Below are positions 37,230 to 50,140 of a stretch of DNA of 64,000 nucleotides, piece by piece. This DNA is from Chiloscyllium plagiosum (taxonomy: Eukaryota): contig NC_057759.1 in assembly GCF_004010195.1 (NCBI RefSeq), positions 3,126,834 through 3,190,833 on the forward strand, read 5' to 3'. Made by a program: the position numbers and the translations under genes. The notes beneath the pieces were generated by a model. The model did no database searches. It was not told the origin of the DNA and saw only the letters and a list, made by a program, of their open reading frames with translations. Every line of letters begins with the position of its first letter. Within the stretch, counting starts at the first letter, position 1.

Positions 37230-38945
37230 TGTTGGATTGAGTGGCGCAGCATTTATTGCCCATCCCTGTTGGTCCTTGAGATGAGGGCAATGAACTGCCA
37301 TCTTGAAGAGTTGCTGTCCACCTCCTGTGAGTTCACCCACAATGATCTTATGGAGTGAAATCCAGGATATTGACTCAGTGACAGTGAAGCAACAGTGATA
37401 TATTCCCAAGTTTGTATTGTGAACGTTTGGACGGGTACTTGCAGGAAGTGGTGTTCCCATTTATCTGCTACTCTTGTCGTTTAGGATCATGGATTTGGAA
37501 ACTACTGTATGAGCATCTTTTTGTGAATTTCGGTTCTGCATCTTTTAGATAATACACATCTTGTTGATGTGGTGTTCATCAAGCGGGTGGCTTTGTCCTG
37601 AATGGTCCTGAGTGGCGTTGGAGTGCACCGATTCAGGCAAGTGGGGACTCCAAACAGCAAAGAACTTTCCTTCTGATACCCTTTGATTCCAGTTTTCTTA
37701 GAGCATCTTGACTCATCCAATTGCAGTCTTGATTTCAAGGCCTGTAGGTCTCACATCACCTCTGAAATTTAACGCTTTCCACGACGTTTGAACCAAGGTT
37801 GTAATGAAGTCGTAAACTGAACGATTCTGTTGGAATCCAAACTGGGCGTTACTGAGCAGGTTATTGTTGAGTATGTGCTGCTTGATGGCACTGTTGATAA
37901 CAATTTACATCACTTTACTCATGATCGAGAAGTTGACATACTGGACAAAAATTGGCTAGATTGCATTTGTTGGTTTTTGTGAGTTTAAAAATTCATTTGT
38001 GAGACTTCGGATTCGCTGACTGGCGAGCATTGACAGCCCATCTGTAATTGCCCTTGATAAGGTGTTGGGGAGCTGTTTTTATGAATCACTGCAATCGACT
38101 TGCTGTGGTTTGACCCATAATACCATTAGGAAGGGAATTTCAGGATTTTGATCCAACGACTTTGAAAGAATGACAACATATTTGCAAATCAGGGTGGCGA
38201 GTGGCTTGGAGGAGAACTTGCAGGTGGTAGTGTTCCTAAGTATCTGCTGGTCTTGTCCTTCTAGATGGAAGAGCTCGCGGGATTGGAAGGTGCTGTCTAA
38301 GGATCTTTGGTGCATTTCTGCACTGCATCTTGTAGATAATAGGCACTGCTGCTACTGATCGATGGTGGTGAATGGATTGAATATAGACGTGGTGCCAGTT
38401 AAGCAGGTTGCTTTGTCCTGGATGGTGTCAAGCTTCCTGAGATTTGTTGGTGCTGCACCCATCCAGGCGAGTGGGGCTATTCCATCACACTGCTGACTTA
38501 CACCGTGCAAATAGTGGATGGACGTAGGCGTGTCAGGAGGCGAGTTAGTTGCTGCAGTCTCCCTGGTCTCTGACCTGTTCATGTAGCCACTGTTTTTATG
38601 TGGTAAGTCCAGTTGAGTTTCTGGTCAATAATATCTCCAAGGATGTTGACAATGGGGGATTTCGTGATGGTAACACCGTTGAAAGTCGCGGAGCGATGGT
38701 TAGAGTGTCTCTTATTGGTGATGGTCATTGTCTGGAATTTGTGTGGTGTGAATGTTACTCGCCACTTGCCGGTCCAAGCTTGGATCTTGTTGTATTTGAG
38801 CACGGACTGCTTCAGTATCTGAGGAGTTGCGTAGCATGCTGAGCATCGTGCAATCATTGGCGAACATACCCACTTCTGACCTCATGACAGGGAGGGTCAT
38901 TGATGAAGCAGCTGAAAATTGTTGAGCCTTGGACATTACCCTGAA
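37230..38945 (-). mobile_element. Fragments of the same CR1/L2-group LINE family as 11858-15365
   Basis: RSEVGMFAND, IQAWTGKWRVTF, DQKLNWTYHIKTVAT, PLAWMGAAPTNLRKLDTIQDKA; two 3' tails (near 37240 and 38000). Confidence 0.85.
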
Positions 38946-39537
38946 TGAGGAAAATTCAGAATAGACTTTCTTGAGTTGGTGAAGGGGAAGACAATGGGCC
39001 TCAGCGTGTTATTGATAGATTATTAATTAATAAACTATTGTTATTTTCATTTTTATCCAATTGTTATTCATCCATAAAGTCAACAAAACACTCTCAAGTG
39101 ATCGAATCTCACAATTCAGATGGTGACATTTGAATTCAATAATTAAACTGAGATTGAGAGTCTGCTGTTTCTAAATTCCTTCCTCTGATTTCTCAGTTTC
39201 TTTCAATCCATTCACTTTATACCAGGAAATAAATACATAAATATTCTCGGCTCCTGGCTCCTGTAGACAAGCAGGACGCTGGAAAAACACAGTGAGTCAG
39301 ACATCACCACTAGGTGGGAGAAGTCAACGTTTCGGATATAACCCCTCTTTGAACAGCTCATCTTTGTTTAATTAATGGAGATAAATGTCTCAGAATCAGA
39401 ACATGCCACTATTTTGCACAAACAGAAACTGTACAAAGGAGCACGGCAACATAGGACTTCCCTGAATAACAAATATGGAAGAAGTTCATCTACTTCTGCA
39501 TATCATCTCTTTTCCTCCACTTTTGCATCTCCTCATT

Positions 39538-41055
39538 GATATCGGGGCAATGGCTGCCAATTCACCATCTGCTGCGAAACCCTGCAATTATACATCGAAA
39601 TAGTCACAAATATTGAGCTGTGAGACGTTAATGTTATAAAATTAAACATCACCCGTGAAGTATATCGAAGTCCATTAATTTATTGTGCTTTTTCATCACT
39701 TGCATATCCCTCTGTCATTATTAGAAGTCGTTGAGTGACACAGATTTACCTACAGACTGTCAAATACAGTGCCGTGACCCATTGCATACCCAGTGAGACC
39801 GTGACTTTCAGCAATCTTTTGGATTGTTTGGTATGCCTCACACATGCAGTCTCTCCTTTATCTCGCTCTGCTGGGCACTGCTATAATGACACACATACAA
39901 AAAAAAACCCAGAAAAATCACAATCATGCATCCACATAAACATACAGTCTCATCTTCATCTCCTGTTGTGGAACAGAATAAATATCACATATTCACAGCC
40001 TCACCTTTATACTGAGAACTCGACACTGCAGAAATCTAAGGATCTGTCTCTGTTACTTGTTCTTTTCCTGCACTACTCACAATGATTGTCAGATTTCGGA
40101 CTCACAAAACCTCGTATCTCTCCACCCTCTCCAACTCCTGCAGCCCATGCCATCTTATACCATCCTCAATCGAGAATTTTTTGCTACACCTGTAATATTC
40201 TTCATACATTACAATTACAGCTGCGTCTTCAATATGCCATAATGTTTACATCCTTACGTGTCTTTTTTGGCCTTCTCCAATTCTAACTTCACGTACATCG
40301 TTTGCTATTCTGGCATTGGCAAAGATAAGAGATATTGAAAGATGGAATGAATGGGCAATATAAATCGACAAAGGTGCTTCCATTTACTCCAGCCTGAGTT
40401 AATCCATCGTGGCATGCTGCTGCTCTCCTGCATCTGTTTCCTGGTACTCCAGGTGGATAGATCATACCCCGAACTCATTGATGAGACAGTCCTCCAGAGG
40501 GAATGGATCAACATCCGAACATGTTGATCACCCTGTTCCTCAAGGTGTGGGATTATAGACTTCTGCAGTGTCGAGTTATCAGTATAGAGGTGAGGCTGTG
40601 AATATGTGATATTCACTCTGTTCCACAACAGGAGATGAAGGTGAGACTGTATGTTTATGTGGATGCATGATTGTGATTTTTCTGGGGGGTTTTGTATGTG
40701 TGTCATTATGACAGTGCCCAGCAGAGTGAGATAAAGGAGAGACTGCATGTGTGAGGCATACCAAACAATCCAGCAGATTGCTGAAAGTCACGGTCTCACT
40801 GGGTATGCAATGGGTCATACAGCATGTGTTTGACAGTCTGTAGGTAAATCTGTGTCACTCAACGACTTCTAATAATGACAGAGGGATATGCAAGTGATGA
40901 AGAAACACAATCATTTAATGGACTTCGATATACTTCACGGGTGATGTTTAATTTTATAACATTAACGTCTCACTGCTCAATGTTTGTGACTATTTCGATG
41001 TTTAATTGCAGGGCTTCGCAGCAGATGGTGAAGTGGCAGTCATTGCCCCGACAAT
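39538..41055. repeat. ~500-bp inverted repeat pair (39538-40038 / 40556-41055) with ~520-bp spacer
   Basis: Long exact reverse-complement runs such as CACTTGCATATCCCTCTGTCATTATTAGAAGTCGTTGAGTGACACAGATTTACCTACAGACTGTCAAA. ORFs 39735..40085(+) and 40579..40818/40305..40748(-) give near-identical peptides. Confidence 0.95.
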
Positions 41056-44000
41056 ACTAGGCGGCAATGCATGTCCTGCATCACAGACGCAAGCCACAAT
41101 GCTCACTGGAAAAGTGACATAAGCAAACGTTGCCGTCCAATCCAATCTTCTTTCATTTGAGGTTATTACTCTCGGTCTACTCATATTGTTCATCCCCTTT
41201 CGCTGCAGAAGTGTCCTTTCCTCATTTTGGCAATCCAGAGTTTTGAGGAAAGTATAAAATGATGGAGACGTCACTCCATCATGGCATCCATTGTGATGGG
41301 CCGAAGGCAACGGACAGACAAAGGGGGAATAGGTAAACGAAAGTTGACACCAGAAGGACCTGAAATCGGTTCAGACGGCACCAGGCGGCCAGTAGGGCCT
41401 ACAATCGCCAGACCCTTCCTGTGAACGAAGGTCAGCTGAGTCCAACAAAGCCTCTTTCTCCCTAAGTTTGAACTTTCAAGACTTAAACCAGAATACTTTT
41501 TCTCCCACATCATTGTCTCATTTCTGATCTTGTTCTGATCATTCTGATCATTCTGATCATTTCTCCCACATTATTCTAATCATTTCTGATCCCTTTCACC
41601 TTGATTTCCTGCTCGATCTAAGTTTCAGAAATGATTACCTCCTCTACATCATTCAGACACATCTGTGAATAGTCCAAACAATAGGCATTGTTGGACACCA
41701 TAAGTTCCGTTCATTAAAAAAAGCCACATGAGAAAAACGAACCTCATCACCTTAACAAGTCTGCTTCTCAATAATTGACATTCTGTTTTTTCTAACAATC
41801 CTTAATTGCACTTTACTGCTTTTTATTCTTGACGTTTAAATTCCTCATTACCCAAAAGGAAATTATTACATTTCTTGAACTTACCGAATGACGAAGCTTT
41901 AACAGCCTCTGCACTGTAGAATTTCATGGATTTAGAACCCTTTGAAATACAATACTCGCACCTCTGTCTTATATGTGCAACCACATATTCTGCCAATTGC
42001 CCCTACACTCCTAATAATCTGACAAGGGGAAACAATCTTTCTGCATCTACCCGTTATATTTTTGAGCAACTTTGCATTTTAAAACAAGTAACTTCCCTTT
42101 CTTTCACATTTCAATGGCTCAGACCCTGTGCTCAACTTCCCTCCATACCAACCACCAGCCAAGTGGATCTTCTTTCACTTAGGTTCAATGGCAGACTATT
42201 TTTCCTGAGTTAAATATATTTACAGTATTCGACAGATAGCCTGACTAGAGAGGCTTCATTCCCTGGATGTCACAGCCAGTTTAAAAGGTGTGCACAGTGT
42301 GGTGAATAGTTTCGTTCTAAACAGGATACCAGCAAAGCAGACAGTAATTATAGAGAGACCATTGACAACAGGTAGTTGGAACAATTTGAACACAGCGTCC
42401 AGAGAGGAGCAACAAGTTTAACTACAGCGTGAAGAGAGGGGATTTCATTCAATCTAAGCACAGTACCTAGATTTAAGCTCCAAACGTGATCAAAGCTGCA
42501 ATTGTTTGTAACACTATGCACATTATGTATTAGGCAATCACTAGAAAAGTACTGATGACAATAATATGCTCTGGCATCGTACATAAAACTCCTTTCATAA
42601 CCACCAACGTTGCCACATCACACACGGGGAAATACCACAAGCTCACCCTGTCCAAATGCAATGTGCGGATTGGTTTATGAGAATAGGTTGGAGAGGTTAG
42701 GCCTGTATTCCTCAGAGTTTAGGAGGATCAGAGGTGACATAACTGAAACATATAAAATCCTGAGGGGTGGTTTTGGAAAATATGACAGTGGAGTAGGGCT
42801 TCTCAGCCGAGGCTTATCCACTCCAATAGTTTTTCTTTTCTTTCTTTCTCTCTTGTTTTTCTTCTGCTCTTTTCCTTTACTTATCTACTGTCTTGAGCAT
42901 GGACGTTATCAGCGAGGGATTCCAGCTTCGACTTGAGTGAGCCCAGAATGGAACTCGTGGTGGCCTTCTTTACATTCCCAGCTAAGCACGACACGTTGCA
43001 TCAAAATCAGCGGTGGATACAGGGGCAGCGGCGACATCTTCAAGGTAGATACAGTGATGAATGCTAATTGCGACTAATTGTGGGTCCAGTGCTAATGGTA
43101 GCAAACGGGAGTACAATGAGCATCACAGTGACATTGATGAGGTGGGCCAAATGGCATTGGCGTGTCTAGCATGAGTGACGCTCAGGTGGTGGCACAGAAG
43201 AATCGACCTAGCAGAAAAAGATGGCACCACAAAAGTGACAACTTCGATGTTGATTGGGTCCAGTATAGATCGCTGTTTGGCACTATGTGAAGGAGGGACA
43301 GCAGCAGAGATGTTATTGATAATAAGCTGGCTAAAGACTGATTGATTCTTTTTATAATAGAGAATAAGATCATACAAACAAGATGTCATTTTCCAAAGAC
43401 TTATCCATAGTTTGATATTTATTTATCCGTTGACTTATCCATGATGGTTAAATACTTTCAAACGTTCATTATCATTGAAGTTAGGTGGCTCAACTGTGTA
43501 AGTTTAAATCTTGCCTTCATGTTTGCTAAACAGGTAAAATGTGCAGCCCTTTTATCCGATGCAATTACCTCTGTAAAATTATTTTAAAATCTTAACTTCT
43601 ATTGAATAATTCCCTCCATACTTGTTTGCAAAAATCTCTACAACATTCACGTCAAAGTTCTAATGTATGGTGGTATAAAAACTTGTTTGTTTCAAAGGAT
43701 TTAATATCAATTGCAATTCATTGACTGGAATTATTGCCTGACAATTCCAGGGGGAGGTGTGAGCTGATTCACTGGCTACTTATTAACGGATTCCCTTCAA
43801 TTGTATGGCACAGAATCAGAACTTTTACAACAATCAGAAATCAGAGCATTAATAGAATTGGGCGAGTATTGAAAGTAGTACAGTAGAAAATCACTGCAAT
43901 TAATGAAAGTGAGAGTGAAAGTAATCCAATGATGGGAAGGAGCGTCTCTGGCTGCCTTCACTTTCTTTACAGTGTTTATGACTGGATAAAGTTAACATCT

Positions 44001-44929
44001 CGATTCAAGGTCGCACTTCGGGTTTGTTTACTATCCCATGCTTGGCATTTGTGGTGTCCCCGGTGAGTCTGTGCCTCACAAAGCGTTCTGTAAGCCATGT
44101 TGAAGAGATGAACTGAAGTTACCATTTATGGTACCATCCTTTTTGATGACCTGTTCTTTGCATTTCTCTCTACTTGCGGGTTCGCTGTTTAAGTATTACT
44201 TCATGGATCTCTTCAGTTTTTATGTACCTGTTTAATATTGAAATCAAGGTACTAGATCTGCTAAACATGATACATTGATATCTGCTTACCTTCTTGATCC
44301 TTTCTTATACCTAGTTCAGCTTAATTTTAGCTCCATACCTCCCCTTCGACTTCCTGTATTGCTGCTCTTTACCTTAATAGTTTACATACTTACTTGTTCT
44401 CGCACTTGTGTCGATCTGTTATCTGTTTTATGCTTTTGTTTACCCCTGGGGCAGACTGTTAAAATGGTGACAGCAGTTCGACTGCTCTTTATTCCTCTGC
44501 CAATAGCAACTAACTCTTTCTTCCCTTGCTAATGCCTGTTGCCTGTAAACACATATCACGGAACATTAAATGTCTCTGTCTGATGTGGATCGTTTTGTAC
44601 AGAGCAAATTTCTTAGCAATATTATTCTATCACAATTCAACTTTATCCACCGAATGAATTTTGGACATGACGTGATGTTGAACTCTTCTTCCATCACATT
44701 CCCCTCTGTGCCCACACCTTTAGACCACAATCCTCTTCCCACCCTCCAGAACCCTTTACCTGTTTCCAGTACTCTCAGTCTACCTGTTGTCTTCCACTTG
44801 GTCCTTTTTGCAACACTTAACGTTTTTTTTCTTTTGACAATTAACTGTGTGGTGTTGTTCATCATAATTTGTATATGCCCTGCCTTGGCCATTTGTCCAT
44901 TTGTTCCTCTGAACTGACTCAACTCTGTG

Positions 44930-45572
44930 CTGACAGAGTTGAGAGTGTGTTGCTGGAAACACACAGCATGTCAGGCAGCATCGCAGGAGCACGACAATCT
45001 ATGTTTCTGGCCAGAGTCCTTTAACTCAGGAAACCCGCTCCAATCAACTCCACCACACTGTGGCTGTACGTTTCAACTCTCCTCCACCACCACTCAGCGG
45101 AGGACATGTAGGTCCTGGGCCTCTTCCATCGCCACACCCTCACCACCAGACGCCTGGAGGAAGAGCGCCTTATCTTCCACCTCAGGATCCTTCAACCCCA
45201 GGGCATCTATGTGGACTTCATCACTTTCCTAATTTCCTCTCCCCCCACTGTTCACCAGTTCCAAACTTCAAACTCAGCACCGCCCACATGACCAGTCCAC
45301 CTGTTAATCTTCCTTCTCACCTATACACTCACTCTCCTCTCTGAACTATCACCTTTACCCCCACCTCCGTCGACCTATTGCACTCTCAGCTACCTTCGCT
45401 GCAGCCCCACACACTCCCATTTATCTCTCCACCCCCGAAGCTCCCAGCCTCATTCCTGATGAAGGGTTTTGCCCGAAACGTCGAATTTCCTGCTCCTTGG
45501 ATGCTGCCTGACCTGCTGTGCTTTTCCAACAAGATTCTAATCTTGACTCTGATCTTCAGTATCTGCAGTCCT
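44930..45572 (+). mobile_element. Penelope-like element 3' fragment with inverted partial pLTR at its 5' end
   Basis: RRLEEERLIFHLRILQPQG region and pLTR tail at 45450-45572. Positions 44945-45030 are a diverged reverse complement of that tail (GCTGGAAACACACAGCATGTCAGGCAGCATC). Confidence 0.85.
45452..45486 (+). ncRNA. Minimal hammerhead ribozyme, best-preserved copy
   Basis: ATTC-CTGATGA-A-GGGT(TTT)GCCC-GAAA-CG-TC-GAAT: intact core, ACGT palindromic helix III, GUC triplet at 45480-45482, stem I ATTC/GAAT. Confidence 0.8.
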
Positions 45573-45579
45573 CATGTTC

Positions 45580-48500
45580 GCCATTTCAATTCCACGACGA
45601 CTTCCATCGAGAAGGCCAAGGGCAACAGATATATGGCAACGTCACCTCCTGAATATACCGTACAAACGTATCATTAAATATGCCACCATTCCTTCACTGT
45701 CACATTGTTAGAATCCTGGAATTCCCTTACTAATGACATTGTGGTCCATGCACAGCAAGTAAATTGCAGCGGTTCAAGAAGACAGATGATTGCCACCATC
45801 TCAAGCGCAACTAGGAGAGTGTGATAAACTTTAGCCACACAGCAATGCTCACATCCGAAAAAAGTGAATTTAAAAAACAACTTGTGTGATGTCAGCATTA
45901 GGAAAAAAAGACATAAAGTGAAAGAGAAGTGAAAAGAGAGAAAAATCAATAAAGTTTGGAGGGAAGTTAGGTCATGGGACTGCAGAGAGAGACACAGAGA
46001 GATAGTGTGAGCATTAATGCCACTGTTTTCTTCCTAAAACCCTTGGACGTGGTTCAGTAAACGTCAGCTGGAGAATGGTACATCACACACACACACACAC
46101 CCCACCCCCATTATCAGGATTCTTGTTTTTTCCATTTATGCCTGAACAGTTGTAACAACCAAAGATTTTAATAGTCAGGTTTCGAGAGTGAATCAGAGCA
46201 CAAGGATGGAAAATCCTTCAGTGGTGAGGGCATGGGGGAGGAAACAACACAGGGAGGAGATCAGAGGCAGGGGAGGGGGAGACACAAGGACATCCCACAG
46301 ATCACCTTCTCTGAAATTGCTGCACCACTATCTTCACTAAGCCGTTCGTTGCTTTTCATTCAAACGACGTGGATGGCCCATTGTTTCCCAGCCCTACTTA
46401 TTGTCCTTGAAAAGGTGGAAAAGTTGCTGCATTCTGTACGTTGCAGAGCGACCCTCAATAAACTATCAGGGAGGGAATTCCAGGACCTTGACCAGGCTTC
46501 AGTGACGGAACTGGCAAATCAGGATGGTGAGCAGCTTGGAGCGGGTGTGCAAGGAACTGCTGGAAATCTCTGTGATTGTGTACATTTTATTGAGGAGAAA
46601 TATAATGTTTAACTTTTGAACTCGTGAGTAAATGTGACAATAAACCTAATTCAATTTATCTTAATTCACTTCTTATATATCTGTACCTTTGTCATTCCAG
46701 ATGGAAGTGACCATGGTTCTTGGAAGGGCTGCCAGTTATCTCCATGTTTATATTTCAGAAAGATGGTAGACGGACATGAAGTGCTGGCTGCAAACTGTGA
46801 TTCTGTACAGCTTGCTAGTTTGAAACCGATTGGGATGACAGTGTATCTACTATTTCTGACCGTTGTCCTCTGATAACGAAACGGTACATACTGGTTGCAA
46901 TCTGAAAACGGATTATGTAAGACGGGATGTGAGCAATGTCGTGAAAAGCTTTATTCACAATTTAAAAGCAATCAGTTCGGGCTCATTGGGATACACGAAA
47001 CCAAGACAGGCCCAGAGTACAGAAACTGCCGTTAGCTTCAGAAATGGCCTGAGGTGTTCCTTGCCGTGGTGCACATTTATTCTTTCACAATTCATTGCGT
47101 GTAATGTATGCAGCAATGGAAAAGAAATAAGCAGCTCTCAGCCAACACCACTTCACCAGCATTATATCCTCCAATTCGGCACACTGCACCGGATGTTTGG
47201 CAGCCTAAAGCTACAACTGGAAAACAAAGAAAAGCAGACCATTGATGTCCACACTTTGGTGCTGCAACTTTCACCTAATCTCATGAGATTTATCCAAGAC
47301 TTGTAAAGGCAAATGATACCTCATGTACTGATGACCAAACTATATTTATAAAATGACCACAAGACATTCTCACTTGAGTAACTACGTCCACTGTGATCAA
47401 GGATTGGCCATTTGTGGATATCAGTTGACGTAGGATAATTTTAAAGGACGGTCTTTAAAATAAAGTATTTATATTATTGCAAAGGTAGAAAAAGCAGGGT
47501 TTGCTTAGCTGTGGGTAATGTCTGCAACTGTTCGTCAAATGCTTCGTGACTGGATCGTGGGGATATCACTGGACTCGCCATCCAGTATCACCAAGCTTAG
47601 TTTCAGAACAGCCCCCAACAATTTGCACTATGGCAGATGATGCAATTTGAATCATATTCAAATGGTCTAATGAAGGGAACGAATATCTGCTTCATTAATT
47701 CCTTTATGGACAGATTTCTGCTGTCCTTACCTAGTCTGATTTACATGTGACTCTCGGCTCAAAAATAATGTAGTTACCATCTCAATGCCCTCTGGGATGA
47801 CAAGAAAAGATGTCTTTGCTAGTGACGCCTGTGTCCCATGAACAATTATTGTACATATCAATTGATAAGCTTAAGCACTTGCCAGCCTAAAACTAATAGA
47901 ATGTTAGTTCGTCTTCAGAGGGAAGAATGACCTCAATCTGCCCTTCTGCAAGTTTTTAAAGGCTGTTTGAGGAGAGATGAACTCACCTTGAGATGCAACA
48001 ATCAGTGTTACTTTTTTATCCGCAGTGCCTGGCTGCACCATCACCAACAGTCCAAGAAATAAGAACAGGACAGTTCTCATCCTCTACTGATTTCCTGTCG
48101 CACTAGTAGCTGCCTGGAGGATGAAACCTCCTTATACGATATCACAGACTATACTGCGGTTAATCATTGAATCCGTCCAGAACATGGACATAATCAATTT
48201 ATCTTATGAGTCAATCAGTAACACACCGAGACACATGCAGACACAGAGTCACACATACTCCCATAAACACACACTCAACCACACTGATATGTACACACAT
48301 ACCGGCACCCACACAGATAAAAACACACTGACACACACACACAGACATGCAATGGCACACACCTTCACGCGCAAAGTCACACATGCACAGTAACGCATGA
48401 AGAATAATACAGCCAGTCATGCACATACACGCGTACGCACAGACCCACAACACACCCAGTTATCAAACATAGACATACACACTCCCTCTCTCACACATAG

Positions 48501-49000
48501 TAGCATATGACTAACACAGACACACAAGTATGCACATCGACAACCACAGGTGCGCGCACACACGCGCGCACACACACACACACCATCACACAGCCATATG
48601 CACATCTATTCACACAATCAAAGGTATATATATATGAGCATTTCGCAGAGCATAAAGTGTGCCCAGTCTGCAATAATACAATATCTACAGTGTGGGACAA
48701 CTCAGACTTGGGCACTCGGCCTTGGGCAACCTCTGTATTGAACACTTGAAAGCATAACGAGATGAAAGATCCTTTTCATCTTTATTGTGGGACAATGCTG
48801 CCTTTGTTGAACTCTGGGAGACTCAATGGAGTCTTATGGCCAATGAGATCCGTGTTAGAGGCAAATATTTAACAGACCAATCCACTGACCAAAATGATCA
48901 GAGATTGTTTCTCCTCACATCCCTGAAATGAAAATATTTCTGTTAATTGTCATCTTGCATCCCTGAGGAGAGATTCGTCTCCAGCTGATTCTCAGCTACT
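45580..49000 (+). repeat. Right arm of the inverted segmental duplication (partner 32460-37500)
   Basis: Same block order in opposite orientation: LINE tail, unique block, LINE tail, unique block, SINE (47550-47845), unique block, CA-rich tract, unique block ending CAGCTGATTCTCAGCTAC (~48999). Confidence 0.88.
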
Positions 49001-49179
49001 GGGTTGCTCTTAAAGCCATATCAATCACAGGCCTGACCTTGCCATATTATTATGTATCACCATCTGTGAACAGTCTTTCAACTGCTTCACATCTTCACCT
49101 CACTGCTGTGTTGCGACTGTTGGCGTTGGGTAGCTCAGTTGGTTGGATGACTGGCTTGTATTACAGACTGACGTCACAA

Positions 49180-50140
49180 TAAAGGCCATAAGCGGCTGGA
49201 TGACGAGTCGGCTATTTGGCACCACATGTCTGCCCCTCTGGTATTCAGTAGGTTCAAGGCTGTTCTGACAACTTTCACCTCCACATTATTGCACTTTGCC
49301 TGTCACCATCGATTCCTGTACCGATCAAGGATTAATCACTTTCAACCTTAAGTATATAGAAGGATTTTGCATCCCTACTCCCCTCTCCAACAGCTCTCTG
49401 TGACAAGGAGTTCCAAATATTTGCAAACACCTGAAAAAAAAAAACTTCTTTCTCATCTTTCTCTTAAATTGATGCTTCATTATTCTGTGATATTGGTCAT
49501 GGTCTGTCCTATGAGGGGAATACCCTGTCAGCATGTACGATGTTAAGCCCGTTAAGAATCCCATGTGTTTCATGTGATATCATCTCTCATTCTTCTAAAC
49601 TCCAGTTAGAAGAGTTCCAACTGCTTTAGCCTTTTCTTAGAAGAGAATCCGTCCAGAACAGCATCATCCCAGTCAAACTTTTATGAACAGCCTCCAATTA
49701 AACAATATCCTTCCTTTAATAATGGGATGAGGAGTACTCACAAATGTGGTCTTACCAGAACCTTGTACAGTTGCAGACCCACTTCACTACTCTTATACTC
49801 CAACCCCTTTTAAATAACGATCAATGTTCTACTAGCCCTTCCTGATTGACTGCTTCCCCTGTATGCTATCTTTCTGTGTTTCGTGCAGAAATTCGTGCAA
49901 ATCCCTTGTGTTGCAGCTTTCTCCATTTAAATAATACTCTGTTCTTCTGTTCCCCCTTCTGAGATGAACGTCTTCGCACATCATACACCATTTACAACTT
50001 TTATTTCTCCACTGACTTAAACCATCAACATTTCTCTATAAAATGTTTGCACCCCTTTCACAATCTGCTTTTCTACCTATTGTTACATCAGTTTTGGCGA
50101 CAGAACAGTAACTTCCTTGCTCCAAGCCATTAATACCATG
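49180..50140 (-). mobile_element. Old CR1 LINE 3' portion, apparently splitting a tRNA-derived SINE (49125-49180 and 50140-50220)
   Basis: CR1 C-terminal sequence on the minus strand. SINE head GGGTAGCTCAGTTGGTTGGATGACTGG lies before it and SINE-body-like GAGGTGTGGCGACCGTCAGGTTAGACCAC after it. Confidence 0.7.

Larger units (their letters stand above)
32460..37500 (-). repeat. Left arm of an old inverted segmental duplication (partner 45580-49000)
   Basis: The reverse complement aligns block by block with the right arm, e.g. TTTGCCTCTAACGCGGATCTC (32619) vs GAGATCCGTGTTAGAGGCAAA (48845); CTTATTTCTTTTCTATTGCTGCATACGTTACAC (35959) vs GTGTAATGTATGCAGCAATGGAAAAGAAATAAG (47099); CACTGAAGGATTTCCCATC (36899) vs GATGGAAAATCCTTCAGTG (46205). 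Confidence 0.88.

Noticed and set aside
40300..40555. Gypsy RNase H remnant in the inverted-repeat spacer
   Set aside because: The resemblance needs several frameshifts and is too weak to call.
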